Source of the DNA: Candidatus Poribacteria bacterium
GTDB lineage: Bacteria; Poribacteria; WGA-4E; UBA9662
Direction of reading: 5' to 3'
Assembly (NCBI GenBank): GCA_046582655.1
Contig: JAYGDX010000336.1
Coordinates: forward strand, 1 to 64,000
Length of the DNA: 64,000 nt
Both the position numbers and the translations under genes were made by a program. Positions 1-10,347 of this stretch are shown here, one piece after another. The notes under the pieces are model-generated. The model saw only the letters and a program-made list of their open reading frames with translations. It did no database searches and was not told the origin of the DNA. The stretch's first letter is position 1. Each line of letters starts with the position of its first letter.

Positions 1-1
1 A

Positions 2-721
2 CCGTTTTCCAAATATGGGATCATGATATGGTATCAAGGCGCCTTCCTCTGTGCCAACACCAATAGTATAAACCTTAATGCCAATTGTCTTGGCGGCGTT
101 TGCAGCTGTAATTGGGTCGATCTCGCCAGCATTGTTTTCCCCATCGGTAAGCAGAATAATTGTCTTACTTTTGGTTGTGGAATGGCGTAAACGGTTAGTC
201 GCGTTGGCTAATGCTAAACCGATGGCAGTGCCATCCTCGATTATTCCAATTTCGACTTCTTTTAGTAGCTTAACTAGCATTAGGTAATCTGTTGTCAGCG
301 GACAAAGCGCAATGCTTTTGCCTGAAAAAACAACCAGTCCGATTCGGTCGTTTCGGCGATCCTGCAGAAATGATCGAATCACCGATTTCGCCGCCTGCAA
401 ACGGTTTACTGGTTCGAAATCTTCCGCTCTCATGCTTCCTGAGATATCAAGAACGAGCAAAATGTCAATACCTTCGGATGTAGTTTTTTCGATGCTTTGC
501 GTGGATTGTGGTCGAGTGAGAGCGATAATGATTAACACAATAATGCACCAATGGATAAAGTCGAGCGAACGGAATACCGAAATGCGAAAAGTATTTCGGT
601 TTTGATGAATCAATTTGGTATCCGAAAACAGAATGCCGGCGTTTTTTCTTTTTCGCAGGAATATGACGATTAACGGAATAAGAGGAATCAGAATGAAAAA
701 TATGGGATTGCCAAATCTCAT
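2..721 (-). CDS. VWA domain membrane protein, BatA-like (runs off the window's left edge)
   Basis: Manual translation from ATG at 721: MRFGNPIFFILIPLIP...ALTRPQ...GIDILLVLDISGSMRAEDF...NRL...DRIGLVVFSG...DGTAIGLALA...IILLTDGENNAG. MIDAS DxSxS and TDG motifs present; absent from the ORF track because it has no stop inside the window. Confidence 0.88.
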   Translation of the reverse strand, partial: MRFGNPIFFILIPLIPLIVIFLRKRKNAGILFSDTKLIHQNRNTFRISVFRSLDFIHWCIIVLIIIALTRPQSTQSIEKTTSEGIDILLVLDISGSMRAEDFEPVNRLQAAKSVIRSFLQDRRNDRIGLVVFSGKSIALCPLTTDYLMLVKLLKEVEIGIIEDGTAIGLALANATNRLRHSTTKSKTIILLTDGENNAGEIDPITAANAAKTIGIKVYTIGVGTEEGALIPYHDPIFGKR

Positions 722-725
722 CACT

Positions 726-1766
726 TTACTGCCATGTGACGGGAATCGGTCGCTTGGCTTGTGAGTGAGTATAATTTGTACTGTCGGTAAGGCTATTTCC
801 AAAAATGGATCGGATACAGAGCGCAATACCAATCACGCTGGCAACGACAAAGGTGATTTCACCAACATGGTAAAAGGAAGGGATTCTTACGGCTAGCCCA
901 TAAATTGCGTATCCGATGATAATCTTAATTGCTTGTACTTTTTGCTGTGGCCATATGGTATTACCGATTGAAAGAAAGATAGCGGTTTTTCCATATATGG
1001 ACATAACCAATAACCCAGACATGATAATCAGTACAAGCGGAATTCCAATAATTGAGAGGACTCCAAACATAATCGAGTAAGGTATTACGATAGCTGTTAT
1101 CAGACCGATGACAGCGCTGCCGAATGGACGTCGCACAATGATTTGTGCCATGTTTTGCGCTTGCTGGGAGAAAATTGTACCGATGCCCGCATAAGTTAAT
1201 GCCATTGTCAATAGTATGGATGCGTGCCAAAACAGTTCCCAGTTTTTAGACATTCCCCAGTGTTCCTGTAAGTGCAAAAAAGGGTCCCATATAAGTGGTA
1301 CCACATGATAAATCATAAATTTCCAAATGCCAATTTCTTGATAATTATTGCGCTGTAAAGTCTGTTTCCAATCGTCACTTTTATCTGTCCCGCGAATTCG
1401 CCCGAAAATGGTTTTGACTGTTCCTTCCACTGACGCACTGGTTCCAATATCAATATTGCCGCGAAAAACAGTTACATGTCCGTTGACATGACCTTCGATA
1501 GTTGCGTTGCCAAATAAAATAGTCATACTATCAACCGACTGATTTTCTGCTAAATGGAAATCCTCCCAAAACTTTAAAATGACAGGCATATTGAGCGTGT
1601 CAGAAAGTGATGTCGATTCTCTCTGATTATTTTCTTCTGTCTCAGCGGAATCAGTGTTTCCTTCTGGGGTGAGTGTCATTTTCATCGGAACTTTAATTGA
1701 ATTCTGCGGTATCACCATCAAGGAGATGAAAAATAGCATGATCATCAGATAGATTTTTCCATGCAT
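726..1766 (-). CDS. Membrane protein with N-terminal bactofilin/polymer-forming-like beta-helix and C-terminal multi-TM region
   Basis: N-terminal hydrophobic segment; G-rich beta repeats (GNATIEGHVNGHVTVFRGNIDIG...VEGTVKTIFGRI); several hydrophobic helices incl. 'LSIIGIPL'. Ends 4 bp before the VWA gene. Confidence 0.6.
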   Translation of the reverse strand: MHGKIYLMIMLFFISLMVIPQNSIKVPMKMTLTPEGNTDSAETEENNQRESTSLSDTLNMPVILKFWEDFHLAENQSVDSMTILFGNATIEGHVNGHVTVFRGNIDIGTSASVEGTVKTIFGRIRGTDKSDDWKQTLQRNNYQEIGIWKFMIYHVVPLIWDPFLHLQEHWGMSKNWELFWHASILLTMALTYAGIGTIFSQQAQNMAQIIVRRPFGSAVIGLITAIVIPYSIMFGVLSIIGIPLVLIIMSGLLVMSIYGKTAIFLSIGNTIWPQQKVQAIKIIIGYAIYGLAVRIPSFYHVGEITFVVASVIGIALCIRSIFGNSLTDSTNYTHSQAKRPIPVTWQ

Positions 1767-1806
1767 TTAGCGCCTCTGTGAAGATTATGTTTACAAATAA
1801 GTATGG

Positions 1807-1835
1807 ACTATATTATATTTTGAAAAATTTGTCAA
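1807..1835 (-). promoter_or_regulatory. Sigma70-type promoter TTGACA-N17-TATAGT for 726..1766 and the VWA gene
   Basis: Reverse complement reads TTGACA aatttttcaaaatataa TATAGT about 40 bp upstream of ATG 1766. Confidence 0.6.
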
Positions 1836-1888
1836 CTTTATTCTTTGTTACACAAGGGTGCGGTGGGTTTTCGCGGTTTTCCGTATAG

Positions 1889-1917
1889 TTGACGTCAAAT
1901 GTTATTAAGATTATAAT
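1889..1917 (+). promoter_or_regulatory. Sigma70-type promoter TTGACG-N17-TATAAT
   Basis: Near-consensus hexamers with 17 bp spacer upstream of ORF 1976; divergent from the 1807-1835 promoter. Confidence 0.65.
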
Positions 1918-1975
1918 GATTTTTCGCATTTATATTGTTGAATTACTATATGGTGTATAGGAAGTGTGAATAGTT

Positions 1976-2536
1976 ATGTTTAAAAAAAATAGCTATCCAA
2001 GTGTCTTTGAAATTACTGAGCAGCACGATGATGCACTAGATACAATTGAGATGGAGCCCTCTGCGACAGTTGAACATCACCTTGGGACAATTATTGCCGA
2101 TCTCAGAATTTTCAGAGGCGACATTGTTAAACTAAATGAGAATAGCAAGAAACTTGAAAATGCAATTGACTTAATGCAACGAGAATTTGCCGATTACCGT
2201 GGTACAATAGAAGAGAAACTAAATCTATTAGTTAAAAATACTGCCCATATTTTTGCCTTGCAACATATAGGGGAAGATTCCAAAGATAACAAGAACAATG
2301 ATGATGTTGACAGTACTGCAATGGATCTAACATTTATCACTGAGTTTCAAACACAGGTGTTGAAAGAAATTCAAGAATTTAAGAAGAAAATGACAGCATT
2401 GATAGAAACTCATAGTCAGCTTGAGCATACAACTGCTAGCTCTCAGAGTGAAATTAAGGCCAAAATGTTTGAGTTACAATCGAGGGTTCGAAATCAACTT
2501 GAAGGTTTTCTCCAGAATCTGTTTATAACAAAATAG
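1976..2536 (+). CDS. Hypothetical coiled-coil protein
   Basis: 186 aa ORF with own promoter and AGGAAG upstream; heptad-like helical composition; no recognisable motif. Confidence 0.6.
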   Translation: MFKKNSYPSVFEITEQHDDALDTIEMEPSATVEHHLGTIIADLRIFRGDIVKLNENSKKLENAIDLMQREFADYRGTIEEKLNLLVKNTAHIFALQHIGEDSKDNKNNDDVDSTAMDLTFITEFQTQVLKEIQEFKKKMTALIETHSQLEHTTASSQSEIKAKMFELQSRVRNQLEGFLQNLFITK

Positions 2537-2617
2537 AATCGATAAGACAGTTAGGATTTTAGAAGATAGTTTGAGTATCATTTGAGTAATCAATCTGCTT
2601 AGGGAAGGGATTGAATT

Positions 2618-3228
2618 ATGAAGATTATAAAGCTTGAAACTTTTCTGGTTGAACCAAGGTGGCTTTTCCTGGAGATTCATACAGATCAAGGATTAGTTGG
2701 TCTGGGCTAGCCGATTCTTGAAGATTGGGCCAAGACATGCGCGACTGCTGTTGAAGAATTGGAAACATATTTAATCGGAAGGGATCCACGTCGTGTCGTT
2801 CATCATTGGCAGGCTAATGTATCGGCACGCTTTCTATCGTGGAGGTCCTATTCTTACCGGTGCACTGAGTGGCGTTGAACAGGCGCTCTGAGATTGAGTA
2901 GGTAAAGCATTAGGAGTGTGCCGGTTTATCAACTTTTTGGTGGGCCAGCACGTAACTGTGTTCGTATTTACAGAGGAGAGGGAAGCCCTGAGGGTGTCAA
3001 GGAAGGAATTGGGCAAGGGTTTACCGCCTTAAAATTCAGGAACACACGACTTTGGGCGAGGGTTATCTCAAAAATCCCTTTGTATTTAAAGATGGTTTCG
3101 TGGAATTACCCGCTGGTCCGGGGTTGGGTATTGAGTTGGATGAGGATGCGATTGCTAATAAGATAGATCACGATTGGAAGAATCCTGAATCGTACCTGCA
3201 AGACGATGATTCGGTTGTCGATTGGTAG
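2618..3228 (+). pseudogene. dgoD: Degraded galactonate dehydratase (enolase superfamily)
   Basis: MKIIKLETFLVEPRWLFLEIHTDQGLVGLG*P...HHWQA/MYRHAFYRGGPILTGALSGVEQAL*D*VGKALGV/PVYQLFGGPAR...GFTALK, joined directly to the C-terminal ...DGFVELPAGPGLGIELDE...DDDSVVDW*. Three stops, several frameshifts, catalytic middle deleted. Confidence 0.85.
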
Positions 3229-3257
3229 TCGGCCATCAATCTTCTTAGTGGACTCGA

Positions 3258-6113
3258 ATGAAAAAAGTTGCGCTGATATCGTTGCTGTTTTGGTTCCTTT
3301 GTTCTGGATATACATTTGCACAACGAGCTCCAACAATTAGCGCAATTTTTCCTGCGGGTGGTCAGGTCGGTCAAACAGTGGAGATATCGGTTCGGGGATC
3401 TGACCTAGACGGTGCGCACACGCTGATCGTTAGTGGCAGTCGTGGCGTGACAGGGGAACTTTTTTCCGCCGGCGGAAAGGTTGATACAACCTACAAGTCT
3501 CTGTTTGAAGATACGTGTGCGCAGTGCCATGAACTCCGTTCACCAAGAAACAGATCAATGACACCTTCTCAATGGGAGGCTGTTGTTGACCGAATGATTA
3601 GTGAAAAGGGTGCGCCAATCAACAGTAGTGACAGAGACAATATTTTGGTCTACCTGAAATCTGCCGCCAGAGCAAGCGGTGGACTGACAGCACAACTCCA
3701 GATTGAGCCGGATGCTGTTCTGGGTAGACGCGAAATTCGGGTTGTCGGCAAGCACGGTGGATCCACTGCCTTTCCATGTGAAATTGATTGTCAAACCGAA
3801 ACAATTGATGCCGAACCAAATGATTTAATCACAGATGCGGTAAGGGCTAACCCGCCAATCATTATCAACGGTATAATTAAACAGAACGGCGATCAGGACT
3901 ACTTTTCTTTCCTTGCCAAAGCTGGAGATCGGTATATTTTTAATATTAAAGCCTACCGCCTTGATAATTCCAGTCAACAGTTTTTTAATCCAACGATTAT
4001 CCTGTTTTCGGAAAAGGGAGAAGAACTTGCTCATAGCAACGGTTTTTATGCGTTTGATCCCTTGATCGATTATGTGTTTCAAACTGAAGGGGTTTATTAT
4101 CTCTGTATTCGGGATTTGCTTTATCGAGGGAGTCCCGCTTGTGTCTATCGATTAACGATGGGGAATCTCCCTTATAATACGTACTTGTTTCCGACTGGTG
4201 GTCAGCTTGGATCTGTTATCGAAAGCACTATTGGCGGTACAAATTTGACCAAAGCTCCATGGCAAATAGATCTCACCAATGAAACTGAGGGGCTGAAACA
4301 GATTGATACTCCTTATGGAGTTTTTCCCTTTATCGTTAGCAAAGTAACTTCGCTTGTTGAAGCTGACATAAACATTCAAGATAAGTTATTCAGTAGTGTC
4401 GGGGCGACGGACGCTGAGGCAGAAATTCTTTTTCAGACGAAATGTGTCCAATGTCACGAACCTCGGTCACCCAGCAATCGTCCGCTTACGGCTGATGATT
4501 GGGCCGTAACTATTCAACGGATGGGCGAGAAACAGAATTCGGATATTTCGCCTTCAGAAGCGGCGCGAATCATTACTTTTTTCAATTCTGAAATTACACG
4601 CCTGAGTCAATTGACGGCCAGCCGAATCCAATTGGCGCAGAGAATTGAAGTTCCTGTTGCTGTCAGTGGTCGTATTTCCCAACCCGGTGAAGTTGATTAT
4701 TATCGTTTTACAATTCCAGAAGCCAAAACACTTGATGATTGGTGGGTGATCCATCCATTCGATAATCCTGACGAATCTGGGTTTGATATTGCTTATTCGC
4801 CTGAAAAGGAGATCAACCTTGAACAGGAATACATCGGTAAGAACAACTGTAAACTGAAATGGTACAAAACCACTGGGTCTGGTGAGAGCGCTTTTTCAAA
4901 TGTGCCGGAAGACGATGTCATCGGGTATGCGCTGACTTATATTGACTCGGAGACTGAACGGACAGAAATTCTGTCGCTTGGATCTGATGATGGAATCAAG
5001 GTCTGGGTAAATGACCAGCTAATCTGGAGTAATTTTGTCCATCGCGCGCTGGCGCCGGCTCAGGATGTTATAGCCTTGCCGCTGAAAAAAGGCTCGAATA
5101 AACTGCTGATCAAAATTTCAAATGGTTGGGGGCCTTGGGGATTTCTGGCTTTGATTGGCGGTTATGCCATTGAACTTACCGCGGAAGCAATAGGATCGCC
5201 ATTGAGTCCCTCACTAACCTTGCTTGATGTACAGGGACAAGTCTTGCAGAATAATGCCGGTATCGGAGGAACCCGAAATGCACGGATTGATTATAGTTTT
5301 CGGAATGTAGGGGACTACGCTGTCAGAATTGAGGACGCGACCGAATCGGCCGGCGTCGCTTACACCTACCACCTGAGTATCTCACCGGCAGCCCCCGATT
5401 TTGCCATTACTGTGACGCCAGCTAATCCGAACGTTGGACGAAAAGGCACACGTCTACTAACAGTGACAGCCACGCGACGCGTTGGATTTACGGGAGATAT
5501 TGAGATTCTGGTTGAAAGCTTACCAGATGGAGTTATAGCTGGAGTAATCCTTAAGGACATGACACAGGGATTTATCACTTTGACTGCGGCTGGAGATGCG
5601 CAGTTAGGGTATCGTGTTGTTAACATCATTGGACGTGTGAAAACGGCGGGGAATCATTATCTCCGTCGGGTAGCGACTCCAATCGAAATCTATCGGATCT
5701 AGAATCAAAACCGGACCGTTCAACGAAAAAGCATTATCGTTGGAGTTGTTGAAATACCGAAATTGACGCTTGAAGTGGTTCCCAATCAAATATCGGTTTC
5801 ACCAGAAAAATCTGCCAAGTTGAAGATAATAGCCAACCGTTATAGTTCTCGGCAGAATTTGACTTTGTCCATTTTGGGATTGCCGTCTGGTGTAAGGTTG
5901 GAACGTGCTTTTACGGTATTAGATCAAAGCCAGTCCGAGACGGAAATAGAGATATTCCCGAATATTGTTGGCTCAGGTGTTGGCAATCAGCGTCAAAACC
6001 CATTCGTGGGTCGTGAACTCGCCGTAAGTCCGTATAATATTGTGGTTAACGCTTCAGTTGGTAATCAGTTGGTAGCGAGTAGTCCAGTAACTAAACTTCT
6101 GATTACGAAATAG
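3258..6113 (+). CDS. Secreted PPC-domain scaffold protein with two c-type cytochrome modules and a PA14-like domain; internal in-frame TAG at 5700-5702
   Basis: Signal peptide; 'APTISAIFPAGGQVGQTVEISVRG' start typical of planctomycete-type PPC proteins; CAQCH (3516-3530) and CVQCH (4443-4457); 'EPND...DQDYFSF' and 'GEVDYYRF' PPC motifs; 'LGSDDGIKVWVN...LKKGSNKLLIK'. ORF 5763..6113 is in frame across the TAG. Confidence 0.75.
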
Positions 6114-6160
6114 TTCAATAGTTGATTTTCTTTCCTAGCTAAAAAGGTAAGGCAAAAAAT

Positions 6161-8241
6161 ATGAAATTAGGTGATCTTGGTTTGTCGGCTAACGGCTTGT
6201 TAATCAATCGAATTAGCTGGAAACACCTTTTTGTCCTATTTCTCATTCTTCATATCATACCAATCTGGATTTTTTCCTTCTTCCCTTCTCAGGATGGTGT
6301 CAGCCATATTTACAATGCCCATGTACTCAAAGAGTATCATAGGCACGAAAACTATATCATTAGGGATGTTTGGCAACTCAACCTGACAGTCTTCCCCAAT
6401 TGGCTCTCGCACATTAGCCTTACCGGAATGCTGTATGTCTTCCCACCGATTATAGCAGAAAAAATTCTGCTAACATTGATGATTATCGGTATTCCAATTT
6501 CGTTTTTGTATTTCTTGAACGCCATTCACAAAGAGAATGCATGGGTGTTCAGTTGGCTGGGTTTTATTTTTTCTTATAATTATTTGTTCTACATGGGATT
6601 CTACAACTTCACCATTTCGATTTCGTTCTTCTTTTTAAGTTTTGGTTACTGGTGGCGTCACAAAGACGGAATGGAAGTTAATAACTTAATTGTTTTTTAT
6701 AGTATCCTGCTATTAACTTACCTTTCACACTTCGTTTCTTTTGGCTTAGTTTTACTTGCCATCTCAGTTTGCCAAATCTGCCTGTGCGGGGTCGGGATAA
6801 TCTCTGAAACTTGGCGTGACCGATCAACTAGGGTTTTTTTTCGTGGTCTTCGACCGTTAGTTCAGTTTGCTGGTTACATTTTACCAATCTATTTTGTTTT
6901 AGCGACCTATTACTTACAGAGTTTGAGGGATCACAATTCAGGGAATTACAGGGGATTGAATGGGTTTGGGAATACTTCTGGGGAGTTAAATCAATCGTCT
7001 ATTTTACCGATTGGCATATTCCAGTAAATCAAGCTTTACTGGGAGTTTTGGGATTAGCCGTAGTGATGTCCTTGGTTTATCGTATACTTCGGAAGGAGTG
7101 GATCAAAAAGAGTGATTCGTTTCTACTCATCTCAATTATTTTTACATTTATGTTCTTCAGGGCGCCATGGTCCTTTGGTCCGGGGGGATGGATAAACGAC
7201 CGAATACACTTATATATTTTGTTGATGCTTGTGCCTTGGCTAATCCATAATGGGCATAGGATTCTCCAAATCGGATTTACTCTGGCTCTGGTAGTCATCA
7301 CACTTTTGCATTTTGGTCGAACGGCATATGATCATGGGCGATTGAGCATGGAGATAGCTGAGGAAGTTTCTGCTGTTGATCTGATTGAACCTCATACCAC
7401 ATACACAATTCGCAGCCCAAGCTGGAATAAATCCGATTCGTTAGGAGTCGTTAAGTATGTTGCTCCATTTGTGCATGCAGTAGCCCTTTATGGCACAGTG
7501 AATAAGGATATTGGACACCTAGCAAATTATGAAGCCAGCTATAATTATTTTCCTGTCAATCATTTCAATCACTCATACTATAGTGGTAAAGAAGATTACG
7601 TCATTGCATGGGCATATCCAGAAGCTGAGGAATTTTCCGACCTGACACCTAACTTTGATCTGATCCACTCAATCAAGAATCTGAAAATATTTCGTCGAAA
7701 ACAGACAAATGATTTAGATCTCTCAGCTTGGTATCAAGCTGATGATGGTCGTTTGGCAATCAAATTTGATTTTCAAGGAAGTAGTTCTGAACTTGCCAAT
7801 GGATGTCAGTTAGTTACTAAAGATCATCGCTATACTTATGGGAAATTCGGTTGGGTAACACAACCTCCGCATACTGAGTTTTCAGGGGACAAGAAAATTG
7901 ACTCACTGCCTCGCGATTGCGTTAGTGGAACTCAAGACGGAGTATTCAAGCTTAATCTGCCGAATGGTGACTATCGGATAACGAGCTATTTCTGTTCAGT
8001 TGATGCTGGTGAGCACAAAGTGTATCTGATGGCCAATAGCCGGAAAGTGATCAAGAAGTTAATCGTACCAAGCGATAAAGCGGTAATTAAGAGGACTTAT
8101 GCTGTTAACGTAACAGATAGAGAACTGACTCAGGTTATTTATACTTCTAGGGAGCGTGTGCAGCGTGGCACTGGTAAACACAACCATTGGGTTTGGAATG
8201 GCTTTGTGATTGAAAAATCACAAACTAATAGCCAGCTGTAG
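6161..8241 (+). pseudogene. Polytopic membrane protein (possibly GT-C glycosyltransferase-like) with C-terminal carbohydrate-binding-like domain; split by a frameshift
   Basis: 'FFPSQDGVSH...PNW...MGFYNF...YLSH' multi-TM region. One base is missing at the G4 run 6951-6954; the downstream frame is open (IEWVWEYFWG...) into ORF 7048..8241, which ends in 'KFDF...FGW...RD...LPNGDYRIT'. Confidence 0.6.
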
Positions 8242-8359
8242 AGGCAAAGTAGCACCCATCAACCAGGCAGGGCTATGAAGATTGTACCAAGTTCCATTTG
8301 TTTGTTTTTTGCTTTTGAATTCACACTGATTAGTAGGCAGCAATCAAGTTAAAACTGGG

Positions 8360-9268
8360 ATGAAAGGAAGTTCCATTGTGAAACACATCGGAGTAATTGG
8401 GCTAGGGAATATGGGTATGGCCATGGCCAATAATATTATTGGGAGTGGGTTTATCCTCACCGGCTATGATTTGGAGGACAGCCGCCTCCAAGCACTAAAG
8501 GATCTGGGCGGTAAGATAGCTCAAAGTCCGCAAGAGGTCGGGCAACAGGCTGATGCGGTATTCGTGATGGTGCTTAACGGAGAACAGGTTTATCAAGTAG
8601 TGGCTGGCGACGACGGCCTATTGAAAAGCATGAAAGCTGGTTCCACTATCATTGTCACAGCCACAATTGAACCAAGGGAAATTCGGGAAGTCGCCGAGGT
8701 TATCTTTGCCAAAGGGGTCAACCTGATTGACACACCGGTTAGTGGTGGAAAGTCCGGTGCAGAAGCTGGAACCCTCACCATGATGGCCGCAGCATTGAAA
8801 GAGGTTTTTGACGCCAATCAAGATGTACTTCGGGCGGTTGGTGAAAAAATATTTCACGTTGGTGAAGAGATAGGTATAGGTCAAACAGTCAAAGGTGCTT
8901 TGCAAGCCTTGATTGGTGCGTCCTTTACTGCCATTTTTGAATCTTTAGTGTTGGGTGTAAAAGCAGGTGTAAAAGGAGAAACTTTGGTTGAGGTCTTTAG
9001 TGCCAGCGCGGTAGACAGTCCACTATTTCGCAACTGCGCTCAGCTCATTATGGACAGGCAGTTTGAAAATACTGGAAGCCATATCGGTACTATGTACAAA
9101 GACCTTGGTATCAGCATGGCAATGGCCAAGGAAAATGGTGTTGCTATGTTTACGACCGCAGCCGCTCATGAACTCTTTCAATCAGGCATCTCGCTTTTTC
9201 CGGATCAAGACAATTGGTCGATCGTGAAACTTTTGGAGCAGATTGCTGACACAGAGGTAACTTGGTAG
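8360..9268 (+). CDS. NAD(P)-dependent oxidoreductase, 3-hydroxyisobutyrate/beta-hydroxyacid dehydrogenase family
   Basis: GVIGLGNMG Rossmann motif, DTPVSGG, GQTVK catalytic Lys, KDL motif; true start possibly GTG 8378. Confidence 0.9.
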   Translation: MKGSSIVKHIGVIGLGNMGMAMANNIIGSGFILTGYDLEDSRLQALKDLGGKIAQSPQEVGQQADAVFVMVLNGEQVYQVVAGDDGLLKSMKAGSTIIVTATIEPREIREVAEVIFAKGVNLIDTPVSGGKSGAEAGTLTMMAAALKEVFDANQDVLRAVGEKIFHVGEEIGIGQTVKGALQALIGASFTAIFESLVLGVKAGVKGETLVEVFSASAVDSPLFRNCAQLIMDRQFENTGSHIGTMYKDLGISMAMAKENGVAMFTTAAAHELFQSGISLFPDQDNWSIVKLLEQIADTEVTW

Positions 9269-9317
9269 TACAAAATAGACAGACAACCAATCTAATGAAA
9301 GCGAAGGTAAGATAAGT

Positions 9318-10184
9318 ATGGCAAAGCTAGGCGTTATTGCTGATGGTATCAGTCAGAACTTTGAGCAGGTTCTGGATGTCATGAACGAGTTTGAGCTTGA
9401 GTACGCGGAATTGCAATTTCTTTGGGATAAGGAGGTCGGTGACTTAAGTGCGGCTGAAGTAAATAAAGTAAGAGATTTAGTCAATGTGCATGATGTGAAA
9501 GTTTCCTGTATTTCCAGACATATCTTTGGAGGACTTCCGATTGGAGAAATGCGACGAGACAATCCCGTTTATCTTGAACATGTTGAGGCGTTAAGGAGGT
9601 GTGTCGGCATGGCAAAAGCAGTGGATTGTCCATTGGTTCGAGTGATGAGTTTTCGAAAAGAGATGATTCTCTTTGGTAGTCATGGCGCAAATGATTGGAT
9701 TGTCTCTGAGGGAGCATGGGACAAGTTGGTATCGTTGATGGATCTGCCCATACAGATTGCGGAAGAGTTAGGTATTACACTGGTTGTTGAAACTGGTAAT
9801 AATGCCATGATTACGTCTGCGCATCTCGCTTGTAAGTTGATCGACCAGCTTGGCACAGATCGGCTCAAAGTGCTTTGGGATCCTTGTAATAGTTTGTACT
9901 GCAACGAAAAGACATATCCTGACGGTTATGCATTGCTCCGTGGCGGCTACCTTGAGCATATTCATATCAAAGATGCAATCGTTGATATTCCCAAAGCAAC
10001 AGTACAATTCGCCGCTTTAAACACGGGAGATATGGCAGTCTATCTTCAAGATTTGGCAAATGCTCTGAGGACGGATGGGTACGACGGCGTAATTTCACTT
10101 GAAAGTGTATATCGTCCCGAAGGCGGTAGTTTCGAGGATGGTTTTAGAACATCCGTGAATGTTTTGAAACAGCTCTTCGCTTAG
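9318..10184 (+). CDS. Sugar phosphate isomerase/epimerase (xylose isomerase-like TIM barrel)
   Basis: LVVET, WDPCN, HIHIKD and GVISLE metal-binding motifs. Confidence 0.88.
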   Translation: MAKLGVIADGISQNFEQVLDVMNEFELEYAELQFLWDKEVGDLSAAEVNKVRDLVNVHDVKVSCISRHIFGGLPIGEMRRDNPVYLEHVEALRRCVGMAKAVDCPLVRVMSFRKEMILFGSHGANDWIVSEGAWDKLVSLMDLPIQIAEELGITLVVETGNNAMITSAHLACKLIDQLGTDRLKVLWDPCNSLYCNEKTYPDGYALLRGGYLEHIHIKDAIVDIPKATVQFAALNTGDMAVYLQDLANALRTDGYDGVISLESVYRPEGGSFEDGFRTSVNVLKQLFA

Positions 10185-10280
10185 CTGTTTTTATCTTAGA
10201 CACTTGCGGTAGGTATCACGCCGTTTTTGTCAACTATCGTGTATTTGCTGATTGCTGATACCGTCCGATCTTCAAATCCG

Positions 10281-10310
10281 TTGACTGCTATGATAGGTCT
10301 ATTGTATAAT
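10281..10310 (+). promoter_or_regulatory. Sigma70-type promoter TTGACT-N18-TATAAT upstream of tyrS
   Basis: Near-consensus hexamers about 55 bp before the probable tyrS ATG at 10366. Confidence 0.6.
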
Positions 10311-10347
10311 GGCCAAGGCTCGTTTGCGGTGAAAGAGGATATCGATT

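Noticed and set aside
78..605. Plus-strand ORFs 78..287, 292..483 and 312..605, and the many other short antisense ORFs in the track
   Set aside because: They are shadows of well-supported genes on the opposite strand or in another frame (here the VWA gene) and carry no motifs of their own.
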